A DNA stretch of 40,774 nt from an uncultured Rickettsiales bacterium (GCA_964620765.1 CAZUKF010000002.1:1-40774); one strand, 5' to 3'; positions 23,701 through 32,333 are shown, counted from the first letter of the stretch. Program-made: numbers and translations. The notes: a model not told the origin generated them from the letters alone.

Positions 23701-24078
23701 GGCGAGAAGCTCACCCAGCTGGCGTTGGCCTACGTGGCCGAGAACGACACCGCCCAGCTACAATATTTGCGTGATTACTTCACCCCGCTGATGCAGGACA
23801 ATTCTCGCCTGAAGCTGTTTCACTTCATCACCGAACCGCAGTTGCTGGTCACCCCCGAGATGTTCGATGCCATGCTGCAGCAGGTGGAGGATACCCGCCA
23901 ATTCATCAAGGAGTTTGATATCCATCCCAAGCTGGCGCAGATGAGCGACGGCGCGCCGCACGCGGCCGAGACACCCATCGTGGCACCGGTAGACCTTTCC
24001 CCAGACGCCGCCAAGAAGCTGGAGGAAGAGGCAAAGGAGAAGGACCCGGCGAAAGAGAAAGAAAAGCCCACCCCCTAA
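20746..24078 (+). CDS. Exported 1110-aa protein: signal peptide, two beta-rich N-terminal modules split by a Pro-rich spacer, long C-terminal TPR-like helical repeat region
   Basis: Signal peptide MKRHLLALAVTASLLPALALSASG. Pro/Ala spacer PEAPPEPPPSPVAATPPEPPPAPVAAAAPEAP. Helical repeats, for example LRLKLAQLYLAEGFTTEALGMVQEI and LKILGELYAQQEEYVRAMQAWRDLI. The start ATG overlaps the cheY-like stop (TGATG). Confidence 0.8.
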   Translation: MKRHLLALAVTASLLPALALSASGSTPVVRGEVIRDFARVTFEWPRTVYLTTKTEGNTVTLNFDRRANPDFGALLGGLSPYVVNASLSADGKSVQLTLDKAYRIRSFVSGNLNGVDIVGVDASLHRKPEKQLAALAPAAGEEKPSSPPEQSAERGSGKTPDVVRTPEIPASAGMTQNKKPEPKPAPVAEKKPEEKPVQMTEAKPEAPPEPPPSPVAATPPEPPPAPVAAAAPEAPVALATPVPAADVPALSAEPAPAFAPPKETGEPGKDEDRVQVFASTSGERTILRFAWPTRVAAATFKRGPYVWVVFNKTSKLDLDAVKQTADTLYPDIEQLPTPGATVLRIARPSSGGVMATKAGDSFEWNIVLISSPQLPQDKIRVDVNTEPPLPPHVFLAMPEVVNPVTIEDPDLGDTLLVVPLYQPGQGLAPTRRFIEFALLESAQGVVIQKIADWMNITPVRNGMRVGAEGGALVSPALASSRKVPEISLPSTPTNTPQGQSTTLFPYELWRADPAVPFVDQVNELEIAIAASGIPDEGMKLRLKLAQLYLAEGFTTEALGMVQEIRRIDSQSYVGLRAAAIAGGANFLMHRFSEAADDFAAAELQGSPEVEFWKNVLAELLGKPEQNYRYLENNDAYISKYPPRMRQRLSIAAADRAVAQADYASALEIMELMKSEDLVEGLDSYLSYLAAKIALETGKEKEGLEALVTLAQDYKHLSVRARAEFTLINYELKKDPESIKVLQPRLERLYTSWRGDSLEMETLKILGELYAQQEEYVRAMQAWRDLITAFPSTVSAAVALNKMQATFVQLFDGGAAGALPPLDQLSLYYEFRTLTPADAAGDRIINGIADRLVSIDLLEQAITLIDYRMRYLYEKEARSRAGAKLARIFLINRQPKKALEALQKSLYGENPEDLKVERDRLAAQAMVEMERYGEAAALLAEDKSTEAEAIRQRSWWKQKDWPKLIASVEGDLKNRATLTAAITEPEGEKLTQLALAYVAENDTAQLQYLRDYFTPLMQDNSRLKLFHFITEPQLLVTPEMFDAMLQQVEDTRQFIKEFDIHPKLAQMSDGAPHAAETPIVAPVDLSPDAAKKLEEEAKEKDPAKEKEKPTP

Positions 24079-24081
24079 GAT

Positions 24082-24147
24082 GTCACCCCGCACTTGTTGC
24101 AGGGTCTCCTCGTAACTGCGGGAGATGCCGCAACGAGTGCGGCATGA
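24082..24147. repeat. Imperfect palindromic element between convergent genes
   Basis: The left arm tcaccccgcacttgttgcagggtctcc (24083-24109) resembles the reverse complement of the right arm (24121-24147), tcatgccgcactcgttgcggcatctcc. It fills the 71-bp gap between the TPR-protein stop and the dps stop. Confidence 0.6.
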
Positions 24148-24149
24148 AA

Positions 24150-24662
24150 CTACATTTTAGCGCTCTTGCGCTCCGAAACGCTGGCATGCTCCTCACGGTG
24201 CGCCTCCACGAACCACATCTGCTTGTCGAGCTTGCCGGTAATCTGGGTGAGGATATCGGCCGTCACGGTATCGCCCGCCTCGTCCGCCGCGTCGATCCCC
24301 TTGCGGGCATTGGCGTTGAACGTAGCGATGGCGCGGGAAAGCGCGCTCACATGTACCTGCCCGTCATCGCGCAGGTGGGGGTAGTCTTTCAGGCGCGACT
24401 CCTTGGCCACAAAGCGGGCCGTGCCGGGAGCCTCGCCCCCCAGCTGCATGATGCGCTCGGCAATCTCGTCGGCGGAAAGCGCTACCTCGGTTGCCACCTG
24501 GTCAAACAGCTCATGCAGGGCAATAAAGCCCGGCCCGCGCACATTCCAGTGCGCCTGCTTGGTCTGGCCATAGAGGTCCAGCGCATCGGCAAGCAGCGGT
24601 GAAAGCAGGGTAATCACTTTCTGGCGGGCAGAGGCGGGCAGATCATTCTGGGTGGGGTGCAT
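24150..24662 (-). CDS. dps: Dps (DNA-binding ferritin-like starvation protein)
   Basis: LLADALDLYGQTKQAHWNVRGPGFIALHELFDQ....ADEIAERI..LGG is the canonical Dps ferroxidase-centre region. Confidence 0.92.
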   Translation of the reverse strand: MHPTQNDLPASARQKVITLLSPLLADALDLYGQTKQAHWNVRGPGFIALHELFDQVATEVALSADEIAERIMQLGGEAPGTARFVAKESRLKDYPHLRDDGQVHVSALSRAIATFNANARKGIDAADEAGDTVTADILTQITGKLDKQMWFVEAHREEHASVSERKSAKM

Positions 24663-24909
24663 GATGGGTCTCCTTCAAGAGGTGTGGGGTATATCCCTAT
24701 TATATATGGCGCATGCTGGGTAAAAAACCAGCCTGTTGCAGAAATACTTCATAAAAAAACTGTCAACGATAAAAACGGCCTTTGCAAATAATTTTTGCTT
24801 GACTCAGTTTTTGATTGAAATGAGAGTGAGGGTTTTTTTAAAATAGAAGACGGTGCTACTGAGTACCAGATTTTCTCAAGGAACCTCTAAAGCAGAAGGA
24901 AGACGCCTT

Positions 24910-25098
24910 ATGTCGATCGAAGCCCATCTTGAGACCATTGCCAATAAACGTGAAGAGCTTAAAAACCGTATCGCCGCTGAAATGGCCCACCCACACCCGG
25001 ACCTCACGCTGATCACCAAGCTCAAGAAGCAGAATCTCATGCTGAAGGAAGAGATGCAGCATTACTTTAAACTGCTGAAGACAGCCGCGGCCTCTTAA
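24910..25098 (+). CDS. DUF465 (YdcH-like) small protein (62 aa)
   Basis: The internal ATG gives MSIEAHLETIANKREELKNRIAAEMAHPHPDLTLITKLKKQNLMLKEEMQHY, which fits the DUF465 pattern (H...L..kH..Ld..I..E...P..D...I..LKrrKL.LKDEi). Confidence 0.75.
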   Translation: MSIEAHLETIANKREELKNRIAAEMAHPHPDLTLITKLKKQNLMLKEEMQHYFKLLKTAAAS

Positions 25099-25122
25099 GA
25101 GCCCCGTTTCTTCCCACCTCAG

Positions 25123-25154
25123 CTGCCGCCCCCAGGGGCGGCAGTTTTGTTTTT
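25123..25154 (+). terminator. Rho-independent terminator after the DUF465 gene
   Basis: The GC-rich stem ctgccgcccc/ggggcggcag (25123-25144) is followed by TTTTGTTTTT. Confidence 0.8.
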
Positions 25155-25165
25155 AGCCAAAGATT

Positions 25166-25265
25166 TCCTCCCCCTGGAAGGGGGAGGATCAAGGTGGGGG
25201 TCATCTATCCTCCGCAGTATGCAGCACCAGACCCCCATCCAACCTTCCCCCTTCCAGGGGGAAGG
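25166..25265. repeat. ~100-bp inverted-repeat (MITE/REP-like) element of the CCCCCTGGAAGGGGGAGG type
   Basis: The left arm tcctccccctggaagggggaggatcaaggtgggggtc (25166-25202) resembles the reverse complement of the right arm (25230-25265), ccttccccctggaagggggaaggttggatgggggtc. Each arm also contains its own hairpin. The element ends 2 nt before the gspM stop. Confidence 0.65.
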
Positions 25266-25267
25266 CT

Positions 25268-25759
25268 TTATCTTTTCTCAAAGCGGATCCGCACCGCCAC
25301 CGCCGTATCGTTCAGCCGGTCCGCATCAAACTGCACCACGCGGATGCGGTAGCGCCCCTCTAGCGCATAAATCCACTCCACCAGCTTCTCGAACGCCGCC
25401 CCGTCCACCGCGGCAAACACCGAACCGTCATCCGCCGCCTCCACCCGGTTCAGCGGGATGGCGCGGGTGCGCGCTGTTTCACTGACAATCGTCGCAAGCG
25501 GGCTGTCCTCCGTCACGGTATCCTTCGCCTGCGTGCCCCATGTCTGGGCGTACTGGTCCAGCCGCGCCAGCTGCGCCTGCGTGCGGTAATACTCACGCAC
25601 GGCTTCTCGCGCGTAGCGGCTGGCCGGCTGCCATACCAGCCAGTACAGCAGGCCGATTCCCCATGCCACCACGCAGACGTACACTAACACCCGCTCACGC
25701 GGGCTGCGCCCCTGCAGCAGTGCGTTGCCTTGCGAAACCGCCTGGGTCAATGCTTTCAC
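25268..25759 (-). CDS. gspM: Type II secretion system protein M
   Basis: Small bitopic protein (TM segment RVLVYVCVVAWGIGLLYWLVW) with a C-terminal ferredoxin-like part. It is the last gene of the gsp operon and overlaps gspL by 4 nt. Confidence 0.8.
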   Translation of the reverse strand: MKALTQAVSQGNALLQGRSPRERVLVYVCVVAWGIGLLYWLVWQPASRYAREAVREYYRTQAQLARLDQYAQTWGTQAKDTVTEDSPLATIVSETARTRAIPLNRVEAADDGSVFAAVDGAAFEKLVEWIYALEGRYRIRVVQFDADRLNDTAVAVRIRFEKR

Positions 25760-27015
25760 CGCCCGGCCCTCCCGAACAGCAGCGTCACGTTCACCGACTT
25801 GTCATTCTGCACGATGGAATCCACCTGCGCCGACCACGCGGTGGGCAGCTGCACATGGTTGATCTGCTCCAGCGTATCCATGCCCGCAAGCTTGAGGCGC
25901 ACTTTCATCTGCTGCGTCTCCTCCAGGTAGGAAAGCTGCTCCACCTGCGTCTGCTGCAGCAGGCCCTGGTCGGCATAGAGGCGGACAAAAGCGTTGAGCA
26001 TACCGACAAAGCCGGGCTGCCCGCCTGCACCTGCGGCCTGCACGCGCTGCAGCATGCTGTCGGCCGCGGCCTGCGCCCCGGGATCATTCGGGAACATGGC
26101 CCGCCAGCGCGTCACCGCATCTTCACGGTCATTGGCCGTGCGCGTGTTGAGCATCACGCCCACCCCGATGTTAAACAGCACGCCGATGGCAAAAGCCGCC
26201 GCCGCCACCTTGGCCACCGCGCGCGGGTGCTGCACGGTAAAGCTGCTGCCCTCGCGCGGCAGGCCCTGCCGGGAAAGCAGGTTGATCAGCGGCACCTCTT
26301 CCTTCTGCTCGACATAAGCCTGCGCCAGCGTGGCCAGCACGGAGTTTCCCTTGCGCGCGCGCAGTTCCACCTGCCCTGCATGTGCTGCCAGCGCCTCTGA
26401 GAGCGTGGCGGAAACATTGCCTTCCGTCCACATCCTGGCCTGCAGGAAGCTCTGCGAAAGGCCCTGCAGGTACATTATCAGCGTATCTTCTTCCAGCGCC
26501 TGTGCCTTGTCGGCCCCGGCACGGAAAATCACCCGCGCGCCATCCTGCAGCAGCCAGATTTCCTCCTCGAGCGCGGGCAGCAGCAGCGCCTCGGACGTTA
26601 TCACCGCGGGCGTAATGCCCGCCTGTTTCAGCGCCTGCGCCGCCGCGTCCACCACCGCGCGGTCTGCCACCGCCACCACGTGCCCACCGCCCGCTTTGGG
26701 CAGGGCCGCGGCATATACCTGCTCGGCCGGCACGGCCAACGCACCTTCCACCGCGTAGGCCAACGCTTCCGACGAGCGGGCGAGCTTTCCCTTGGGCAAA
26801 TTCACAGAAGTCAGCAGTACATCCTCGGCGGGCAGCAGCACTATCACGCTCGCCCGGCCCAGCCTACTCCACGGGATCTGCGCTTTCGCTTCCGCGGGCG
26901 AAACCGGCGCGGCGGACGCACCGATGCGCTCCGCTTCGCTGAACGCGGCCCACTCCACGCCCATCGCCTCCACCGGCGAGGTGAACCGTATGAAGCATAA
27001 GCTCTTACTAGCCAT
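25756..27015 (-). CDS. gspL: Type II secretion system protein L
   Basis: 419 aa with a cytoplasmic actin-like N-domain, a single TM segment (VAAAAFAIGVLFNIGVGVML) and a periplasmic domain. Positioned between gspK and gspM. Confidence 0.8.
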   Translation of the reverse strand: MASKSLCFIRFTSPVEAMGVEWAAFSEAERIGASAAPVSPAEAKAQIPWSRLGRASVIVLLPAEDVLLTSVNLPKGKLARSSEALAYAVEGALAVPAEQVYAAALPKAGGGHVVAVADRAVVDAAAQALKQAGITPAVITSEALLLPALEEEIWLLQDGARVIFRAGADKAQALEEDTLIMYLQGLSQSFLQARMWTEGNVSATLSEALAAHAGQVELRARKGNSVLATLAQAYVEQKEEVPLINLLSRQGLPREGSSFTVQHPRAVAKVAAAAFAIGVLFNIGVGVMLNTRTANDREDAVTRWRAMFPNDPGAQAAADSMLQRVQAAGAGGQPGFVGMLNAFVRLYADQGLLQQTQVEQLSYLEETQQMKVRLKLAGMDTLEQINHVQLPTAWSAQVDSIVQNDKSVNVTLLFGRAGR

Positions 27016-27033
27016 GGAAAAGCAGTATCCGGA

Positions 27034-27870
27034 TTACCAATCCCTGTAAAGGGTGCGGAAGCTTGCACCCCCCTGCTTGTCCTTCAGGCGCTCAATACCG
27101 GCACGCAGGCGATACGGTTCCCCGTCTATCACCACCTCCGCCGAAACGGTAAAATGCGAAGACCAGGCCCGTAAACCAGGGCTGCTTTCCAGGTCCGTCT
27201 TGAGCAGCGGCCCGGCTTCGCGCTTGTCCAGCAGGGCCTGCGCCTTCGCCTCGCTGCCAAGCACGGCTGCCAGCACGCGGGCAGATGCGGTGTTTGCATT
27301 CACCGGCGCCTCGGCGGTGGGCAGCGCGGCAACCGCATCCTGCACCTGCCGGTATTGCGTGCGGGTGAGGCCGTAATCCATCAGCTGGCTGGCATCCTGC
27401 ATGTAAACGTCTTCTTCCGTGAAGGCGGCAACCAGCGCCTTTTCCACGCCCGTGGCCGTCTCCGGCGAAATGCCGCTCAACTCGCAGAGCTTCTCCCACG
27501 GCCCGGCCGCGCCGCCTTCCCCAGTCAGCAACGCATTCAGGTTCAGCCGGGTTTCTGCATCTTCAATACGCAGGCGTACCTCCCCGCCCGGCACGCTGAA
27601 AACCGCGGACTGCGCCCATGCTTCCTTCGGGTGATCCAGCTCCGCATCCTCCTTCAAATCCCGTGCCAGCACCTGCCTTGCACGTATTTCCGCGCCCAGC
27701 GCGTACTGCCACGCCTGCATGTAGGAAACAAAGCGCCCGGTGGAAGTCACCTCGGTGTATTGCCGCGCGAGCAACGTGGCAGCGATCACGCTCACCGCCA
27801 TCACCACCAAGAGCACGGTGATGATGGCGAAACCCTGCTCGCCTCTGCCTATCTTGCCAGCGCGATCCAC
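27034..27870 (-). CDS. gspK: Type II secretion minor pseudopilin K
   Basis: GFAIITVLLVVMAVSVIAATLL N-terminal helix, plus ...RLNLNAL... and VNANTASARVLAAV motifs typical of GspK. Confidence 0.85.
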   Translation of the reverse strand: MDRAGKIGRGEQGFAIITVLLVVMAVSVIAATLLARQYTEVTSTGRFVSYMQAWQYALGAEIRARQVLARDLKEDAELDHPKEAWAQSAVFSVPGGEVRLRIEDAETRLNLNALLTGEGGAAGPWEKLCELSGISPETATGVEKALVAAFTEEDVYMQDASQLMDYGLTRTQYRQVQDAVAALPTAEAPVNANTASARVLAAVLGSEAKAQALLDKREAGPLLKTDLESSPGLRAWSSHFTVSAEVVIDGEPYRLRAGIERLKDKQGGASFRTLYRDW

Positions 27871-28430
27871 TGCTCCACCTTTCCAATCCCCGTGATCTCC
27901 AGCTTCACCGCCACCGCGCGCGGCAGCGCGGCATTTTGCGCCGGCATGTCATCCCAGCTTTTCTGCCATGCGCCTGCCGGATCCATGAAAGCGATGCTCA
28001 CTGCCTCCACGCCGGAAGCCACGCGCAGCACATCTTCTCCCCCCACCGCCGGGTAGTGCTGGCGCAGTAGCGCGCCGCCGCGCCGCGCATAGCGGATATA
28101 TTCAATGCGCCCGCGCGCAGCTTCAGCCGCACCGTCCCAACCGCGGCGGCAGAAGGCATAAAGGGGTTCGCCCATGCCCTCCTCTGACTGCGGTGGTTGC
28201 GGTTCCTTCAGATCCGGCGGGCAGGGCGCAGCCTGTGCAAAATCCTGGTGCAGCAACACCAGCAGCGACTGCAGCTCCGCCAGCTGCACGCTTTTGCGGC
28301 TCGCCTTGTCGCGCATCAGAGTCATGGCGGAAAGCAGCTGGTACGAGGCGAGGCTTACCAGCGCGAAAATCGCCATGGCGATGACAATCTCCATCAGCGT
28401 GAACCCCTGCTCTTTTGCGTGCGCGCTCAT
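27849..28430 (-). CDS. gspJ: Type II secretion minor pseudopilin J
   Basis: Prepilin-type N-terminus KEQGFTLMEIVIAMAIFALVSLASYQLL, in the expected operon position. Confidence 0.85.
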   Translation of the reverse strand: MSAHAKEQGFTLMEIVIAMAIFALVSLASYQLLSAMTLMRDKASRKSVQLAELQSLLVLLHQDFAQAAPCPPDLKEPQPPQSEEGMGEPLYAFCRRGWDGAAEAARGRIEYIRYARRGGALLRQHYPAVGGEDVLRVASGVEAVSIAFMDPAGAWQKSWDDMPAQNAALPRAVAVKLEITGIGKVEQWIALAR

Positions 28431-28813
28431 GGCTTCTCCAGGAAACCGGTGAGCGTGGCGGCGCGCTCAGGACCGTCAAAAACCTCCACCTCCACGCGGC
28501 GCATGCCTGCGTCCTCCGTCTCCAGCACTTGATAACGCAACTGCCATGTGCGCCCCGCCATCTCCGCCGTGCTTTCGCCCGCCGCTTCCGCAGGCAGGCC
28601 GCTTTTCAGTTGCATCTCGGTGAGTAAATTCGAGGCAGCCAGCGTACCGAAAGTGCGCCGCTCCAGCACCTGCATCTGCGCCACCGTGGAGTTCAGCGCC
28701 CGCAAGATGCCGCCCGCCGCCACGCTGAGCACCAGCAGCGCCACCAGCACTTCAATTAATGTGAATCCCTTATTTCTCGGCGGTGTTTTCAAGAACAATC
28801 GTCCCCTCGGCAC
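28427..28813 (-). CDS. gspI: Type II secretion minor pseudopilin I
   Basis: NKGFTLIEVLVALLVLSVAAGGILRAL prepilin motif. The GTG at 28813 is the longest start; the TTG at 28792 (MKTPPRNKGFTLIEV) is more typical of a short prepilin leader. Confidence 0.85.
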   Translation of the reverse strand: MPRGRLFLKTPPRNKGFTLIEVLVALLVLSVAAGGILRALNSTVAQMQVLERRTFGTLAASNLLTEMQLKSGLPAEAAGESTAEMAGRTWQLRYQVLETEDAGMRRVEVEVFDGPERAATLTGFLEKP

Positions 28814-29252
28814 TGCTACGGATCACCGCCTGCATGGCAGCAGCATCCGCGGCGTGCAGGCGGATTATAGGGAGATTCATCTCCCCCGTGGAATAGAAAA
28901 TCACCGGCGGCCCGGAAGGCGCATCCGGCGCGGGCTCGGTACTCAACCCCACCGATTCCGGCAGCAGCGTGGGCTCAAACGGCGCCTTGTTGAAATCCAC
29001 CCACCCGCCATGCGCCGTATCCAGCACCACGAAGCGGTAGCCCCGTTGGCTTACGAAAAATCCCAGCTGCAGATGCCGCATCACCGCCTCGGCGCGCAAG
29101 GCCTGCAGCTTGCCGTGCAGCACTTCGGCCTCGTGCTTTAGCAGCCAGCGTTCCTTGAAATTGCCAAGCGGCAGCACCACTGCACCCAGCAGCAGCGAAA
29201 TCACCAGTATCACGACAATCACCTCGACCAGGGTGAAGCCGCGCTGTTTCAT
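28770..29252 (-). CDS. gspH: Type II secretion minor pseudopilin H
   Basis: MKQRGFTLVEVIVVILVISLLLGAVV prepilin N-terminus; abuts the gspG stop. Confidence 0.85.
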   Translation of the reverse strand: MKQRGFTLVEVIVVILVISLLLGAVVLPLGNFKERWLLKHEAEVLHGKLQALRAEAVMRHLQLGFFVSQRGYRFVVLDTAHGGWVDFNKAPFEPTLLPESVGLSTEPAPDAPSGPPVIFYSTGEMNLPIIRLHAADAAAMQAVIRSSAEGTIVLENTAEK

Positions 29253-29660
29253 CTAATTGAAAATGTCGGCGTCATTGCCCTCGCCGCCCGCCTTGCCGTC
29301 GGCGCCGAAGGAGAACAAATCATACGCCTTTTCCTTGCCCGGCGCGGCGTACTGGTACGGGCTCCCCCACGGGTCATTCGGCACGGATTTAAGATAACCG
29401 CCGGGGCTCCAGTTTTTCGGCTCGGGGTTGCCCGCCGGCTTTTTCACCAGCGCCGCCAGCCCCTGCTCGGTGCTGGGATAGCGGAAATTATCCAGCTTGT
29501 AGAGCTCCAGCGCATTGGAAACGGCGCGTATGTCTGCCTGCGCCACCGTCACACGCGCTTCATCGGGCCGCGAGAGCACGTTCGGCACCACCAGCCCCGC
29601 AATAACGCTGAGGATGAGCAGCACGATCATGATTTCGAGCAGTGTAAAGCCCTGTCGCAT
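29253..29660 (-). CDS. gspG: Type II secretion major pseudopilin G
   Basis: MRQGFTLLEIMIVLLILSVIAGLVVPNV...A.ADI..V..AL.LYKLDN..YPSTEQGL.ALV.KP...P....W...GYL...P.DPWG..Y.Y..PG is the canonical GspG sequence. Confidence 0.95.
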   Translation of the reverse strand: MRQGFTLLEIMIVLLILSVIAGLVVPNVLSRPDEARVTVAQADIRAVSNALELYKLDNFRYPSTEQGLAALVKKPAGNPEPKNWSPGGYLKSVPNDPWGSPYQYAAPGKEKAYDLFSFGADGKAGGEGNDADIFN

Positions 29661-29661
29661 A

Positions 29662-30864
29662 TCACTTCACTAATTGATTAATACTCAAGATAGGTAGCAT
29701 GATGGCCAGCGCAATGGCCAGCACTAAAAGCCCGGTAAAGATAATGATGGCAGGCTCGCTGATCCGTGCCAGCACGGTCAGCTGCGTCTCCACTTCCTGG
29801 ATATGGTTTTTGGAAACGATATGCAGGATGCGGTCCAGCTCACCGCTGTTTTCACCGGTGGCAATCATGTTGCACACCAGCGGCGGGATGACACCGCTTT
29901 CGGCCAGCGCCTGCGCCAGCGTCCGGCCCTCGCGCACAGCCACCGCCGCCTCGGCCAGCTGAGCGCGCATATACGCATTGGCGGTGGTGCGTTCGGAAAT
30001 CAGCAGCGCTTCTAAGAGCGGCACGCCACAGCGGCGCAGGATGCTGAGCGTGGTCAGGTAACGCATCACGTTGATGGCGCGCACGTAGCGCCCGAAAAAC
30101 GGCAAGTCCAGCACCTGGTGGTCCCATGCCGCCTTGCGCGCCGGGTGCTTCAGGTGCCGCACCAGCGCAACCCCGCCAAGCACCAGCGCCAGCAGCACCG
30201 GCAGACCCCAGTTCTTCAGGCCGTGGCTGATGGCCAGCATCACCAGTGTGAAGGTGGGCAGCGGGTGCCCCGCCTGCTCAAACGCCTTCACCACGTCTCC
30301 GAACACAAAAACCAGCAAGAAGGCAAGCACGCCCATGGCCACCACCAGCAGCATGGCGGGGTAGATCAGCGCCAGCTGCATCTTGCGCAGCGTCTGTGCA
30401 TAGGCTTCGTAATGGTCGGCGAGGTAGCTCAGCACCGTCTCCACGCTGCCCGAGCGTTCCCCGGCGGCGATCATCGCCGCGTACGAATCCGGGAAGCGGA
30501 AATCCGCCGCCTGCAGGCTCTGCGCAAAGGAATGCCCCGCGAGAATCTGGCCGTGAATATCCAGCAGGATTTTTTTCAGCGGCGCGTCTTCCGTCTGCTG
30601 CGCCAGCAGGCGCAGCGATTTTTCCAGCGGCATGCCACCCTGCAGTAAAATGGAAAGCTGGCGGCTGAGGAAATTGAGATATGCTGCCGGTGCCTTGCGC
30701 TTCTGCTTCTGACGCACGAAGCGCTTTGCCACCGCGTCTACCCGCACGGGCGAGAGGCCGCGGCTGGCCAGGCTCTGGCGCAGCAGGAACGGGTTTTCCG
30801 CCTCCAGCATCCCCTTGTGGGATTTGCCCAGTACGTCCACCGCTATGTAAGAAAACAGCGCCAT
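29662..30864 (-). CDS. gspF: Type II secretion inner-membrane platform protein F
   Basis: 400 aa with duplicated GspF domains, three TM segments, and typical ..GE.SG.L. motifs (IAAGERSGSVE and IATGENSGELD). Confidence 0.95.
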   Translation of the reverse strand: MALFSYIAVDVLGKSHKGMLEAENPFLLRQSLASRGLSPVRVDAVAKRFVRQKQKRKAPAAYLNFLSRQLSILLQGGMPLEKSLRLLAQQTEDAPLKKILLDIHGQILAGHSFAQSLQAADFRFPDSYAAMIAAGERSGSVETVLSYLADHYEAYAQTLRKMQLALIYPAMLLVVAMGVLAFLLVFVFGDVVKAFEQAGHPLPTFTLVMLAISHGLKNWGLPVLLALVLGGVALVRHLKHPARKAAWDHQVLDLPFFGRYVRAINVMRYLTTLSILRRCGVPLLEALLISERTTANAYMRAQLAEAAVAVREGRTLAQALAESGVIPPLVCNMIATGENSGELDRILHIVSKNHIQEVETQLTVLARISEPAIIIFTGLLVLAIALAIMLPILSINQLVK

Positions 30865-32333
30865 TACTCGATCACCCGCATCGCCTCGTCGATGCTCGTA
30901 ATACCGGCCAGCACCTTGCGGCGCGCATCGCCGGCAATGCCGGGTGCCTTTGCCCGCGCATAATCTTCATAGGCGCGCTCACCCTTGCTGGCGTGGATCA
31001 GCGCGCGCATGCCCTCGTCCACACGGATAATTTCATAAAGCCCGGTGCGGCCCTTGTAGCCGGTATGGCGGCACACGTCGCAGCCCACGGCCGCGTAAAC
31101 GGGCGCGCTGCATTCCCACAGCCACACGCGCTCATGCTCCAGCGGTTCGTGCACACGCTTACAATTGTTGCAGAGCTTGCGCACCAGCCGCTGCGCCACG
31201 AGGCCGATGAGGCTGGAGGAAAGTAGGAACGGCTCAATGCCCATGTCATAAAGCCGTGTAGCCGCGCCCACGGCACTGTTGGTGTGCAGCGTGGAAAATA
31301 CCAGGTGCCCCGTGAGGCTCGCCTGCACGGCGATGCGCGCCGTCTCCGCGTCGCGGATTTCGCCGACCATGATCACGTCCGGGTCCTGCCGCAGGATGGC
31401 GCGCAGGCCTTTGGCGAATGTCATATCCACCTTGGTGTTTACTTCCGTCTGGCCGATACCCTCGATCGCCAGTTCCACCGGGTCTTCGATGGTAAGAATA
31501 TTCCGGCGGCTGCTGTTGATCTGGCGCAGCGCCGCGTAAAGCGTGGTGGTTTTGCCCGAACCGGTGGGGCCGGTCACCAGTATCACCCCGTGCGGCACGG
31601 CGATAATCTCTTGCAGGCGCTTTAAGTCATCCGGGTCCATGCCCAGCGAATCCAGCTCCAGGGCACTGCGCTCCTTGTTCAAAAGGCGAAGCACCACGCG
31701 CTCGGAGCCGCTGGTGGGAATGGTGGAAACGCGCACGTCGAACTCGTAACTCGCCATGCGCAGCATAATGTGTCCGTCCTGCGGCACGCGCTTTTCGGCA
31801 ATATCCAGCTTCGCCATTACTTTCACGCGCGACACCAGCAGCGGCGCCAGCGCGCGCTTCACGCGGATGATTTCCTGCAGCATGCCGTCCACCCGCAGGC
31901 GCACCACCACGTGCCGATCAGAAGGCTCGATGTGAATGTCCGAAGCCTTCATCGCCACTGCCTGGCTTAAGATGCCGTTGATGAACCGCACCACCGGCGC
32001 ATCATCGGATGAAGAAAGAATATCCGCCTGCTCGGAGATATCACCGGCAAGGCTTTCCAGGTCCGCCTGCGTTTCCATTTCACCGGCGCTTTTATTTTTC
32101 AGATGCTCGGTGGCGTGGCCTTCATACACCTCGCGCAGCACCTGCTCGAACGCCTCATCCTCGGCCATCGAAACCAGCAACGGCTTTTTCAGCACGCGCC
32201 GTGCTTCGAGCAGCGCCGCAGGCTTTGCATCGCGCCGGCACAACAGGCGCGGGCGCCCGGCTTCCGGCGCAGGGCTCACCACCACGCCATACTCACGCGC
32301 GAAATTGTAAGGAAGATTTACTATCTCTGGCAT
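30864..32333 (-). CDS. gspE: Type II secretion ATPase E
   Basis: Walker A GPTGSGKTTT, Asp box, Walker B ILRQDPDVIMVGEIRD, His box, and the tetracysteine CNNC...CDVC motif characteristic of GspE. Confidence 0.95.
   Translation of the reverse strand: MPEIVNLPYNFAREYGVVVSPAPEAGRPRLLCRRDAKPAALLEARRVLKKPLLVSMAEDEAFEQVLREVYEGHATEHLKNKSAGEMETQADLESLAGDISEQADILSSSDDAPVVRFINGILSQAVAMKASDIHIEPSDRHVVVRLRVDGMLQEIIRVKRALAPLLVSRVKVMAKLDIAEKRVPQDGHIMLRMASYEFDVRVSTIPTSGSERVVLRLLNKERSALELDSLGMDPDDLKRLQEIIAVPHGVILVTGPTGSGKTTTLYAALRQINSSRRNILTIEDPVELAIEGIGQTEVNTKVDMTFAKGLRAILRQDPDVIMVGEIRDAETARIAVQASLTGHLVFSTLHTNSAVGAATRLYDMGIEPFLLSSSLIGLVAQRLVRKLCNNCKRVHEPLEHERVWLWECSAPVYAAVGCDVCRHTGYKGRTGLYEIIRVDEGMRALIHASKGERAYEDYARAKAPGIAGDARRKVLAGITSIDEAMRVIE

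Noticed and set aside
25147-25485. 112-aa Pro-rich ORF on the + strand
   Set aside because: It starts inside the MITE-like element and continues antisense to gspM. The peptides PLEGGGS and PSPFQGEG are repeat translations.
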